Assembly (NCBI GenBank): GCA_963798085.1
Contig: CAWCRS010000008.1
Coordinates: forward strand, 288,001 to 352,000
DNA: 64,000 nt
Reading direction: 5' to 3'
Origin: an uncultured Gemmatimonadales bacterium
Lineage (GTDB): Bacteria > Gemmatimonadota > Gemmatimonadetes > Longimicrobiales > RSA9
In this document: positions 40,243 through 49,637 of the stretch, in pieces
How positions within the stretch are numbered: the stretch's first letter is position 1
How the letters are laid out: each line of letters begins with the position of its first letter
Notes under the pieces: model-generated
Databases searched by the model: none
What the model saw: the letters and a program-made list of their open reading frames with translations, nothing else
What the model was told of the DNA's origin: nothing
Program-made: the position numbers and the translations under genes

Positions 40243-43221
40243 CTACACCTCATCGGCGCTCACGACGACCGCGAATGGCACGTCGATGGACTCGAAATGC
40301 TTCAGCCCGCAACGCACCTTGTCCGCTTCGGAGGTTCGGAGTTTGAGGAAATCGCGCGTTGCCTTTGTTTCGCGCACGAGATAGAGCGCCTGTCCGTCCT
40401 GCTTCAGAATGGCCCAGTCGGGATTGTACCTGCCAATCGGCGTGTCGATTTCGAACCATCCGGGAAGCTTGACGAAAAGCTTGATATCCTCACGTTCATC
40501 CAGCTTCTTCGCGAACTCCCGTTCCACCTCCGAATCGTACACGACGTACTCGTACACCGACTTCGTGACCTGAAGCGCGTCCAGATAGTTGATCAGCTCC
40601 TCGTTCTTAAAGAGCACCATCTCCCATTCGGCTTCCGGCCCTTCGCCCGGCAAGCGTTCGTACTTGATGCCGTCCACGAGAAGCCGGTGCAATTCGTATT
40701 TCAGGATTGCCGCCACCTGATTGAGGAACCGCTGCGGATTGCGGAACACGTCGTCGAGACGACCTGACTCCTTGAGGATACGTACCAGCGTCGAGCGCGT
40801 CAGCTCGGTCTCGTTCTGAAGGTAGGCAAGAATGTCAGGGAGTGGTCGGCGCTCGTATGCCGGCCTTTCTTCTGCAACCTGCATTGCCGTTGCCTGCACA
40901 CCGCCCCTTTCCACGCGGATGTGACCCGCCGCCACGCGGATGGTGGGTGCTTCGACCCGCGCCATCATCTTGATTCCGTCCACGGCACGTCGGACGAGTG
41001 CATCCGTTTCGAATTCCACCCGGTACGTCGTCTTCGGTTTGATCCGATCCCATAGCGCCTGGAACTCGGGACTGAGGGTTACTCCCTTCCGCAAACGGTT
41101 GACGCCCTCATCACGATCGCGGCGGATGTGCCGCTCGATCTGATAGGCCGAAAGCAGATCCACAACAGCTATCGTCAGGTCCCGCTGTGGCTCGGGCAGT
41201 TCCAGCTTGAAATCTGTACGCTTCGGATCGAACGCGTCTTGAATGCGCCCGCTGACGTCCAGCAGCCGCTGCCGCACGAGTGCCGCGCGAATGGCCTCGG
41301 CCGCCTCCTTCCCGATGGGTTGCTCGACTCCATCCACGACACGGGTCAATTTCACGAACGCACTGAATGGCACCACTCCGAATGTGACGCCGCAGTCCTC
41401 CTCGTATTCGGTCTGGAGCGCACGAGCGAAGTCTTCGTAGCTCTCGTTGGCCATCACGTAGAGCTTGTTGATGGACTCGTCGAAGACGCGCACGCCGTTC
41501 TGATCCACCGGCAGGCGCAGGCCGCGCCCGATCTCCTGCCGCTTCTTCATGGCGCTTCGGGTCTCGTTGAGCGTGCAGATCTGGAAGACGTTGGGGTTGT
41601 CCCACCCCTCGCGCAGCGCCGAGTGGCTGAAGATGAAGCGGAGTGGCTCGTCGAGCGATAACAGTTCCTCCTTCTTCTGCATGATGAGCTCGTAGACCGC
41701 GTCATCGGCCAGTGTGTCGCCGCGCGTATCCTTCAGAATGCCTTTTCGGTCCTGCGCGAAGTAGCCGTTGTGAAGCGCCGCTGGCGGCAACGGCAGCCAT
41801 GGCAGACCCTTGTACCGCGCGTCCCTGGCCAGCTCGGCGAGGCTCTCTTCGAAGGCGGCGGCGAACTTGCCCGGCGAGGTCTGGCCATTGGGACCGTAGT
41901 CGCGGTAATTCGCGACACGGTCGATGAAAAACAGTGTGAGCACCTTGATCCCGCGCTCGCGCACCTGGAGTTCCTTTTCGAGGTGTTTCTGGATGGTGTG
42001 CCGGATCTGGGTGCGCCACACGTCGTCCCGCAGGCCCCCCATCTCCTCGCCCAGGCGGAGCATGCGGCCATTGGCGAAGCGCAGGTACTCGCCGCCGGGT
42101 TCGGCATTGATCTCGGCGATCTCGAAGCCGTTGCGGTACGTAGCACGCTCATCGGACAGGGCGTAGAGGTCGTGGCCCTGCTTGACGGTCAGCGATTTCT
42201 CACGGGGTCCCTCAGCCGTTCGCACGTGAATGCGGAGCCGCGCCTTGATGCCGTTCCTGTAGTCGATCCTCTCGACGCGGACGAAAGGCTCGTTCAGCGC
42301 GTCGTGCGCCACCGCGCTCGCCACCACGATCTGCTTTACCAGCCTCAGCTCGAACGCCCGGATAGGATCGAGCCGGTACACAAGGTTGTACGGATTGCGA
42401 TGCGTGGCCGAATAGCGAAGCGTGCACAGTGGATTCAGTGCCTTGATGGCTTCCTGCGCTTTGTCCGTCGCATCCACGCTCTGCGGCTCATCAATGATCA
42501 CAATGGGGCGCGCGGCCTGCACGAACTCGATAGGCTGCCGGCCGGAAAGCCGGTCGCTCTCCTTGTAGATGACGTTGCTCTTCCGCTCCTCATCCGTGCC
42601 CGTGAAGTTCTTGCGGAACGCATCAATGTTGATGACCAGGATCTGGAGCGTGTTGCTGGTGGCGAACTGCCGCAGCCGATTCGCCTTCTTCGCATCGTAC
42701 ACAAAGTGCTCGAACGGCGGATTGTCGTAGAGCGCGCGGAAATGGTCCGAAGTGATTCTGATGTTGGCGAGCACGCCTTCCCGGATCGCGACGCTGGGGA
42801 CCACGATGATGAACTTTCGGAATCCGAAACGGCGTGACAGCTCGAAAATTGTGCGCAGATAGACGTACGTCTTGCCCGTGCCCGTCTCCATCTCGACGGA
42901 GAAATGCGGGCAGCGCCGTGCCTGATTGGCTGGGCCGTCGAACAGCTCCCATGCTTCGGGCGGCGCGGCGGCATCCACGACTTCAATGTCATTCCGCGTC
43001 TGCACCTTGCGGAGGTTTTCACGGATGCGGTCTTCGCTCAGGAGCAGCCGGTTGCCGACGCCCAGCTCCGAACGCTCCTGTCCCTCGAACAGGCCGCCCA
43101 GCGCGCCAAGCGTGATGACGGAGTACTCCGGAGGCCCCATTGGCTGACCGTCGAAGAGATCTGTCACCGCAGCGATGGCGTCCAGCTGAAAGGTCTGGTT
43201 TCCGTCGAACTGGAATTTCAC
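40243..43221 (-). CDS. res: Type III restriction enzyme Res subunit
   Basis: 992 aa. MKFQF...QLDAIAAVTDLFDGQ, FSVEMETGTGKT, IIDEPQ, LREGWDNPNVFQIC, QEIGRGLRL, and nuclease YNPDWA...VRETK. Confidence 0.95.
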   Translation of the reverse strand: MKFQFDGNQTFQLDAIAAVTDLFDGQPMGPPEYSVITLGALGGLFEGQERSELGVGNRLLLSEDRIRENLRKVQTRNDIEVVDAAAPPEAWELFDGPANQARRCPHFSVEMETGTGKTYVYLRTIFELSRRFGFRKFIIVVPSVAIREGVLANIRITSDHFRALYDNPPFEHFVYDAKKANRLRQFATSNTLQILVINIDAFRKNFTGTDEERKSNVIYKESDRLSGRQPIEFVQAARPIVIIDEPQSVDATDKAQEAIKALNPLCTLRYSATHRNPYNLVYRLDPIRAFELRLVKQIVVASAVAHDALNEPFVRVERIDYRNGIKARLRIHVRTAEGPREKSLTVKQGHDLYALSDERATYRNGFEIAEINAEPGGEYLRFANGRMLRLGEEMGGLRDDVWRTQIRHTIQKHLEKELQVRERGIKVLTLFFIDRVANYRDYGPNGQTSPGKFAAAFEESLAELARDARYKGLPWLPLPPAALHNGYFAQDRKGILKDTRGDTLADDAVYELIMQKKEELLSLDEPLRFIFSHSALREGWDNPNVFQICTLNETRSAMKKRQEIGRGLRLPVDQNGVRVFDESINKLYVMANESYEDFARALQTEYEEDCGVTFGVVPFSAFVKLTRVVDGVEQPIGKEAAEAIRAALVRQRLLDVSGRIQDAFDPKRTDFKLELPEPQRDLTIAVVDLLSAYQIERHIRRDRDEGVNRLRKGVTLSPEFQALWDRIKPKTTYRVEFETDALVRRAVDGIKMMARVEAPTIRVAAGHIRVERGGVQATAMQVAEERPAYERRPLPDILAYLQNETELTRSTLVRILKESGRLDDVFRNPQRFLNQVAAILKYELHRLLVDGIKYERLPGEGPEAEWEMVLFKNEELINYLDALQVTKSVYEYVVYDSEVEREFAKKLDEREDIKLFVKLPGWFEIDTPIGRYNPDWAILKQDGQALYLVRETKATRDFLKLRTSEADKVRCGLKHFESIDVPFAVVVSADEV

Positions 43222-43396
43222 GGGCGCTGTCTCCGTGACGAATGCGCCTGCTCGGTCAGTTTCACTTTCATTTCTGGCATTGATTGAGTCCCAACCGTGT
43301 CATCTTCCCGCAGACCACTGCGCGAGCCGCCACCTCGCTGGTTTGACGAGAATGCGTTCTCACACGCGCGGCAGATCGGACGCAGACATGCGTGCA

Positions 43397-45298
43397 TTAC
43401 ACCGTCCTGAATTTCGTCACGCCGCTGGCTCTGAAGATCTGAACCGCATTCGCCTTGAGCTGGTCGTTGCCGGCGAATCCGGCATCCAGACACACCACGC
43501 GCTCCGGCTTTCGCTCGGCCATCGCGCGGATCAGTTCCAGCGTCAGTGCGCGCTCGAGGCAGACCAGCAGCGCCCCACCACTGGCGCTATACAACTGCTT
43601 GCCCGCCACCACGGGCTTCTCGACCGGCGTCGTGAGCGCGAAACCGTCCTTGAGCAGGATCTCGTAGAGGAGATCGTCCGACGAACGGCCATGGCGGATG
43701 TGGTCCACGTGCAGTTCGAGTTGCTTCGCAAGCGCCTCCGCATCCTTCGGCTTGTCCGCATCCCAGGTCGTAAGGTTGGACTCTGCCAGCTTGAAGACGC
43801 GGAACCCGCGGTCCTGCTTCGCGCCGCCACCGAGATCGAGCTTCCCCGCGTCCTCTTCATTCATCTTCCCGATGACACGCCGGACGCGCTCCTTGCAGAT
43901 GTCGGCAATGGTTGGGTAGTCTTTGCGACCAGTGGGTTCGGGCAGTTGAACGAGGATGAACCTGCGGCTACCTGCGTTCGCGGCATTCGCTTCTAGCACA
44001 GCATGGCCGGTACTTCCTGACCCGGAGAAGAAGTCTACAACGATTGAATCGTCGTTCGTCGCGACTTGAAGCATCCGTCGAATGAGCTTGGTTGGCTTTG
44101 GCGTGATAAATAGATCCTCACCGCTCGCCGCTTCCAGAATGCGGCTCAATTCCTGCTTGGCATTGCGGGTACTGCCCACTTCTTTCCATGGCCAATAGGT
44201 TTGGGGCACCACGCCTTCACGAACCTCGGAAAGGAATCGCTTTATCCCAGGACGGTTGTTGCCGGTCTTTCCCCACCAGATACGGTTATCACCATGAAGT
44301 TCAGCAAAGCGCTTTTTGCTAACACGCCAGTAACTCCCAGCGGGAGGGCCATCAATGACCTTGCCCGTGGGGGTTGTGATTGCGTAGCGGCCCTCGCCGT
44401 AGTAGTTCCGAGCAGCAAGGTCGCTGAGGAGCCATGGACCCCGTGGGTCATTATCTGGGTTCTTGTATCGAGCTAGCATCTCCTTAGAGCGTTGTAGCGG
44501 GTTGGGGTGCCATTTGGCGGCATTTCTAGCATAGAGCACGACATAGTCGTGGTCTTCGCTGAAATGGACAGCAGAGTTTTTCGGGCTGTCGATCTTGTGC
44601 CAGATAACGGTTGCGATGAAATTCTCCTCGCCGAAGATGTCATTACAAAGGTCTCGAAGATTGGCAACCTCACCGTCGTCAATACTGATGAATATCACAC
44701 CATCCTCGCGCAGGAGATTCCGCGCGAGGTAGAGTCGCGGGTACATCATGTTGAGCCACTTCGAGTGGAACCGCCCGTCTGCGTCCGTGTTGGTCCCGAA
44801 CTTTCTTCCTTCCGCGTCCACCTGTCCGGTGTACTCGAGATACGTCTGTAGACTCTCCGTGTAATTGTCGGGATAGATGAAGTCATTTCCCGTATTGTAG
44901 GGCGGGTCGATGTAAATCATCTTCACTTTTCCGAGGTACGACTTCTGGAGCAGCTTCAGCACTTCCAGGTTGTCGCCTTCGATGATCAGGTTCTCGGTGA
45001 TGTCGAAGTTGACGCTCTCCTCCGGGCATGGTCGCAGCGTGCCCAGACTGGGCGTCTGGATCACCTTGAAGCACTCGGCCTTGCCCGGCCACGTGAGGCC
45101 GTAGCGCTCCTTCCCGACATCCACGGCCTCGCCCAGGGCGAGCCGCAGTCGGTCGAAGTCGAGTTTGCCGTCCTGGGTGCGGATCTCCGGGAAGAGACGC
45201 AGCAACTCCTGGCGCCGCTCCCCGGCAATGTCGAGTGAGCGGAGATCCAGCTTCTCCGCATAAAGTTCCGTGTTCTCCTGACCTGGCGTCTTGCTCAT
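43397..45298 (-). CDS. mod: Type III R-M DNA methyltransferase Mod subunit (beta class)
   Basis: YGLTWPGK, NLIIEGDNLEVLKLLQKSY, IYIDPPYNTG, HSKWLNMMYPRL, TPKPTKLI, DFFSGSGSTGHAV. Confidence 0.95.
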   Translation of the reverse strand: MSKTPGQENTELYAEKLDLRSLDIAGERRQELLRLFPEIRTQDGKLDFDRLRLALGEAVDVGKERYGLTWPGKAECFKVIQTPSLGTLRPCPEESVNFDITENLIIEGDNLEVLKLLQKSYLGKVKMIYIDPPYNTGNDFIYPDNYTESLQTYLEYTGQVDAEGRKFGTNTDADGRFHSKWLNMMYPRLYLARNLLREDGVIFISIDDGEVANLRDLCNDIFGEENFIATVIWHKIDSPKNSAVHFSEDHDYVVLYARNAAKWHPNPLQRSKEMLARYKNPDNDPRGPWLLSDLAARNYYGEGRYAITTPTGKVIDGPPAGSYWRVSKKRFAELHGDNRIWWGKTGNNRPGIKRFLSEVREGVVPQTYWPWKEVGSTRNAKQELSRILEAASGEDLFITPKPTKLIRRMLQVATNDDSIVVDFFSGSGSTGHAVLEANAANAGSRRFILVQLPEPTGRKDYPTIADICKERVRRVIGKMNEEDAGKLDLGGGAKQDRGFRVFKLAESNLTTWDADKPKDAEALAKQLELHVDHIRHGRSSDDLLYEILLKDGFALTTPVEKPVVAGKQLYSASGGALLVCLERALTLELIRAMAERKPERVVCLDAGFAGNDQLKANAVQIFRASGVTKFRTV

Positions 45299-46446
45299 GG
45301 GATTCCAGTCGCAGAGTTCGCTTGCGGCTGCCTAGCCGAGAACGAGAGATCGCTTGCCCCGTCAACCGTGAGCAGGCGCATGAGGCGCGGATTAATGAAC
45401 AGCTTATCGCGTCCGACCTTTACTTCGTTCAACACGCCGGCTGCCGCCAGCTTCCTGAGATAGACCGCGGCCGTCTGGCGCCCGGCGATCCCCGCTTCGA
45501 CTACGTTCCTGATGCGGCAGTACGGCTGCACGAAGATCAGCTCCACCAGCTCGCGGCTGTAAACGGCAGGCACATACTTCCGCACGTGATCGGCCGTGTC
45601 CTGCATTAACTGGCGCATCGCGTGAATCCGCTGCGTGGTCCAGCGCGCCGTCTCGTCCACTGCATGCAACAGGTAGAGGATCCAATCCTCCCATGCGCCA
45701 CCGGCCGTGACGGCGCGCAGCAGGCGATAGTATTCTGCCCTGCTTCGGATGATCGCGCGACTCAAATACAGAACGGGAAGATCCAGCAGTCCCTGCTCCA
45801 CCAGGAAGAGCAGGTTCAGGATCCGTCCGGTGCGTCCATTCCCATCCGTGAACGGGTGGATCGCTTCGAACTGGTAGTGCGCCACCGCCATGCGAACCAG
45901 CGGGTCCACATCCTGCGCATCGTGAAGGAACCGCTCCCAGTTCGCGAGCAGCTGGCGCAACAGCGCTTCGCCGTCGGGCGGCGTGTACACCACGTCGCCT
46001 GTACCTTCATTCTGGAGCTTCGTCCCCGGCACGCGACGCACATCGACGTTCAGTCCACGAAGCGTGCGGCAGACTTCGACCGCAATGGCTGTGCAAAGCG
46101 GTCGCTTCCGCAGCAGCTCCACGCCTCGCCGAAGCGCGCTGCGATAGCGCAACGCTTCCTTCGTCGCGGGGTCCGCCAGGGCTTCGCGGTCCGGCTGCGC
46201 ATACCGGAAAAGCTGGTCGGCGGTTGTGACAATGTTTTCGATCTCCGAGCTGGCCCGCGCCTCAAGCAACGGGATCGTGTTGATCAGCACGGCGGGATCT
46301 GGCAGGAGCCGCCCCGCCTGCTTGAGCTCGGCTACTGCGGCGCGCGCCTCAATGCACGCCTTAAGCACCGCCCTGCTCTCCAGGTCCGCCTGCGGCGGCA
46401 GCAGTGGCAGATCGTTATAAGCTATTGCAGGATCGAAGTTTGCCAA
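45295..46446 (-). CDS. fic: Fic-family protein (N-terminal Fic_N/DUF4172 region, C-terminal wHTH)
   Basis: PAIAYNDLPLLPP, EARASSEIENI inhibitory motif, HPFTDGNGRTGR active site. ATGA overlap with mod. TTG start inferred. Confidence 0.92.
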   Translation of the reverse strand: MANFDPAIAYNDLPLLPPQADLESRAVLKACIEARAAVAELKQAGRLLPDPAVLINTIPLLEARASSEIENIVTTADQLFRYAQPDREALADPATKEALRYRSALRRGVELLRKRPLCTAIAVEVCRTLRGLNVDVRRVPGTKLQNEGTGDVVYTPPDGEALLRQLLANWERFLHDAQDVDPLVRMAVAHYQFEAIHPFTDGNGRTGRILNLLFLVEQGLLDLPVLYLSRAIIRSRAEYYRLLRAVTAGGAWEDWILYLLHAVDETARWTTQRIHAMRQLMQDTADHVRKYVPAVYSRELVELIFVQPYCRIRNVVEAGIAGRQTAAVYLRKLAAAGVLNEVKVGRDKLFINPRLMRLLTVDGASDLSFSARQPQANSATGIP

Positions 46447-46474
46447 TGTGCGAGCGTGCAAGGCCGTTGCGCGG

Positions 46475-46534
46475 ACCTGTCGTGCCGATCGACAGGTTGG
46501 GCTAACGTGTCGAAAATGTACCGATGTTTCGACA
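46475..46534. promoter_or_regulatory. Two TGTCG...CGACA inverted repeats upstream of fic
   Basis: ACCTGTCG-N7-CGACAGGT (46475-46497) and TGTCGAAA-N11-TTTCGACA (46508-46534). Confidence 0.55.
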
Positions 46535-46544
46535 TATGCGCCAG

Positions 46545-49430
46545 TCACACAAGACGCCAACGCAACGTGAAGAGCATGGATAGTTCTGACTCCTGCTTCA
46601 AACGACGACTGGTTTCGTCGAGCAGTGCCTCCGTCTGGCGATCCACGTCGCGGCGTGCCTGATCGTAGTCGCGCCAGGCCTGGTCGCGCCGACCTTCGAG
46701 CAGCCGAGCCTCGCGCTGGCGTGCGAGTTTTTCGGGAAGGTTCGGCGCGAGTCGGGCGGCCCGCTTGGCCGCCTTCAGGGCTTCGTCGAGGTCATCGAGC
46801 GAGGCTTTCAATGAGGCCCGTCGGTCTTCGGCCCAGTGGTCCAGTTTCTCCATCTCCACGTCGAACCAGCGGCCGTTGCGCGCGGAGACTTCGTCGAGCA
46901 GGGCTCGCCGATGACGATCGTGTGACTCGAGCAGCGCGTCCCGCGTTCCGGGCGAGATGGTGCATCGCGCGCCAGCCGTTCCGGCCAGGTCGAACAGGCG
47001 ACGGCAGGCTGCATCATCGAGTGGCATCCCGGTGTCGTCGATTCCGGCGAAGAGGATGTGATCCTCCGTCGCCATTGCAGAGACCGTGAGCGTCGCGCAA
47101 CTCAGCCAGCCGGACCGGCCGGCAAACGGGTCCAGCACTGCGATCCTGCGGCCGCTGTCGTGATAGTGGAATGTCACTTCCGCCAGCGGCGCGGACAGCT
47201 CGCGGCCGAGGGCGAGGACGCGTTGCGCGAGCGGATGTCCCGCACGGTAGGTGTTCGCGTCTTCAACAGACTTTCCCAGGCGGTACGGCCCCGGATGAAT
47301 CGCCTCCCCCGGGAAGGGATTCGTATGCAGCGTGAAGCGGTGGCTCGCTTCATCGAACAGCGCGTACTCGCGCAGCAGGTACTGCGTCAGCTTCCACAAG
47401 CGCTCGTTGAAGCGATCTAGCACGTCGCGTGTCTCGATGCGGACCTTCTCCACCACCTCCTGATCGAAGTTGTCGAGCAACTTCTCGCGGGCGTCGCGTT
47501 GACCTGCGGTTATGTCGTCCTCCATTTCATGCTGCAACAGATCGAACTCGAACTGGATTTGCTCCGGCGTGCGACATTGCTGGTAAATGGCGGCGATGCG
47601 CTTCTCGAAGTCGACGCCCGACTCGACCGCCCCGAGCACTTCGTCGCTCGCACCGAAGACACCATCAAAAAGCCGGAACTTCTCGTCGAGCAGCTCGTAG
47701 ACGCGCTGGTCCGCGGCGTTGGCCTTGTTGAGAAAATTCACGACAACGACATCGAATTTCTGGCCGTAGCGGTGGCAGCGCCCGATACGCTGTTCGATCC
47801 GCTGCGGATTCCACGGCAGGTCATAGTTCACGACCAGGTTGCAGAACTGAAGGTTGATTCCCTCGGCGGCGGCCTCTGTGGCGATGAGGATGGCCGCTTC
47901 ATCGCGGAAGTGCTCCACGAGGGCAGCCCGCATGTCGGCCGTTGGTGATCCGCTCACGCGGTCCGTGTTCCGGTGCCGCTCGAGCCAGCGCGCGCAGATC
48001 GTCTTTGACATCGGGTCACTGTTTGTGCCGTTGAAGAGCATGACCCTGCCCGCGAATTCGGTTCGCTGGAGTAGCTCGAAGAGGTAGTCCTGCGTGCGCC
48101 TCGATTCGGTGAAGATGACAGCCTTCTGCTGGAGCGGCGCGCTGCTGTCGTCGCGCCTTGCCTTCGCCGCGGCTTCGAATCCTCGCCGCAACGCGGTGAG
48201 GAGCACTTCGCCCTTCGAGTTGCTGACGATCGACCTGGCCAGTTGGTGGAATTCGCGCAACTCGGCCATCTCGCGCCGCAACTCCCCGAGCTGTTCTGGC
48301 GTGAGGCGAGGCTGTTCAGCGGGTAGCGCTTCGCCGCCCTCGCTTTCCCACTCGTCGGCCAATTCGTCGAGCTGTTCCCAATCACTCCGCAGACCGTCCG
48401 GTGGTGCGGCCACCGCCTCAGCTGCATCGAGAGCCGCGTGCAGCCGCTGGGCCATCGCGTCCAGCGTGCCCGCGATGGCGTACGTCGACGAGGCGAGGAG
48501 CTTACGCAGAATGAGTGTCACCAGTTGGCGCTGACTGGCTGGAAGTGCGTACAGTTTTTCGCGCTGGAGGTACGCCGAAACACGATCGTACAAACGTTGC
48601 TCCTCGGGTGTGGGAACGAACTCCTGGACGAGTGCATGACGCTCCGTGTAGCTGACGTATTCCAGAACTTGCCGGCGGAGTGTGCGCTTGCAGAGGGGCG
48701 CCAGCCGCTCCTTGAGAGCCGCGAAATTGCCGTCGTTCGTCAGACGGGTGAACTGCGAGCGGTAGCTCTCGAGATCTCCGAACGCGTAGTCATCGATGAT
48801 GCTCACCAGGCCGTACAGCTCGAGCAGCGAGTTCTGAAGCGGAGTCGCAGTGAGCAGCACCTTGGGAAACGGCGCGACTGCCTGCTTGATCGACAACGCG
48901 ATCTTGCTCGTGTTCCTGTAGACGTTGCGTAGCCGGTGTGCCTCGTCAATCACGACGAGATCCCACGCGGTCTGACGGATGTACGGCTCCTTGGCGCGCG
49001 CGAACTGGTACGAGCAGAGGACGACACCGTCCTGCTGGAACGGGTTCATGTCCCCGTTGCGGATCGCTTCGTTGAATGTGCGGGTTTCGAGTATCGCGGA
49101 GGGCAGAAAAAACTTGTCCGACAACTCCTGGCTCCATTGCTTTCGCAGGTTGGCCGGAACGATCACAAGCAGTCGACGCTTGCGTTCCGCCCACTTCTGC
49201 GCCAGCAGCAATCCGGCCTCGATCGTCTTGCCCAGTCCCACTTCATCGGCGAGGATCGCGCCTTTCGAGAATGGATTTTGAAAGGCGAAAAGCGCGGCTT
49301 CCACCTGGTGGGGATTGAGATCAACCTGAGCGTCGGCGAACACCGCCGCGAGCTTTTCGACGCTGTCCGTAGCACAGCGTCGAGTCAGCTCGTGGGCGAG
49401 GTACTTGGCGTGGTAGTCTGTCAGCGACAT
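46545..49430 (-). CDS. SNF2-family helicase/ATPase associated with type III R-M
   Basis: DLNPHQVEAA, ILADEVGLGKT, DEAH, LLTATPLQN, TEAAAEGINLQ, YDLPWNPQRIEQRIGRCHRYGQ, and a coiled-coil C-terminus. Confidence 0.93.
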   Translation of the reverse strand: MSLTDYHAKYLAHELTRRCATDSVEKLAAVFADAQVDLNPHQVEAALFAFQNPFSKGAILADEVGLGKTIEAGLLLAQKWAERKRRLLVIVPANLRKQWSQELSDKFFLPSAILETRTFNEAIRNGDMNPFQQDGVVLCSYQFARAKEPYIRQTAWDLVVIDEAHRLRNVYRNTSKIALSIKQAVAPFPKVLLTATPLQNSLLELYGLVSIIDDYAFGDLESYRSQFTRLTNDGNFAALKERLAPLCKRTLRRQVLEYVSYTERHALVQEFVPTPEEQRLYDRVSAYLQREKLYALPASQRQLVTLILRKLLASSTYAIAGTLDAMAQRLHAALDAAEAVAAPPDGLRSDWEQLDELADEWESEGGEALPAEQPRLTPEQLGELRREMAELREFHQLARSIVSNSKGEVLLTALRRGFEAAAKARRDDSSAPLQQKAVIFTESRRTQDYLFELLQRTEFAGRVMLFNGTNSDPMSKTICARWLERHRNTDRVSGSPTADMRAALVEHFRDEAAILIATEAAAEGINLQFCNLVVNYDLPWNPQRIEQRIGRCHRYGQKFDVVVVNFLNKANAADQRVYELLDEKFRLFDGVFGASDEVLGAVESGVDFEKRIAAIYQQCRTPEQIQFEFDLLQHEMEDDITAGQRDAREKLLDNFDQEVVEKVRIETRDVLDRFNERLWKLTQYLLREYALFDEASHRFTLHTNPFPGEAIHPGPYRLGKSVEDANTYRAGHPLAQRVLALGRELSAPLAEVTFHYHDSGRRIAVLDPFAGRSGWLSCATLTVSAMATEDHILFAGIDDTGMPLDDAACRRLFDLAGTAGARCTISPGTRDALLESHDRHRRALLDEVSARNGRWFDVEMEKLDHWAEDRRASLKASLDDLDEALKAAKRAARLAPNLPEKLARQREARLLEGRRDQAWRDYDQARRDVDRQTEALLDETSRRLKQESELSMLFTLRWRLV

Positions 49431-49637
49431 CGTGCGCAAGCATGGACAACAATACAGTTTCTAGACAGATCCGAGCGGGATGGCCAGTCGAGACTGCGAT
49501 GGAAGGGAGGCCCGACCGGTTTGCGGCACAGAACGCAGCTTCCACCGACCGCAGAACCGCTGCCGACGCGCAACAAACATGCTCGAAGCTGCTGCGTTGA
49601 GAATTAGCAGCATTGTTAGGTCGGCAAACTCTGCCAA

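Noticed and set aside
46545..49430. DISARM or BREX system
   Set aside because: No drmA/B/C or brx/pgl genes are present; the partners are clearly type III mod and res.
37898..49430. Prophage or ICE carrying the defence island
   Set aside because: No integrase, tRNA target, att direct repeats, or phage or conjugation genes were seen.
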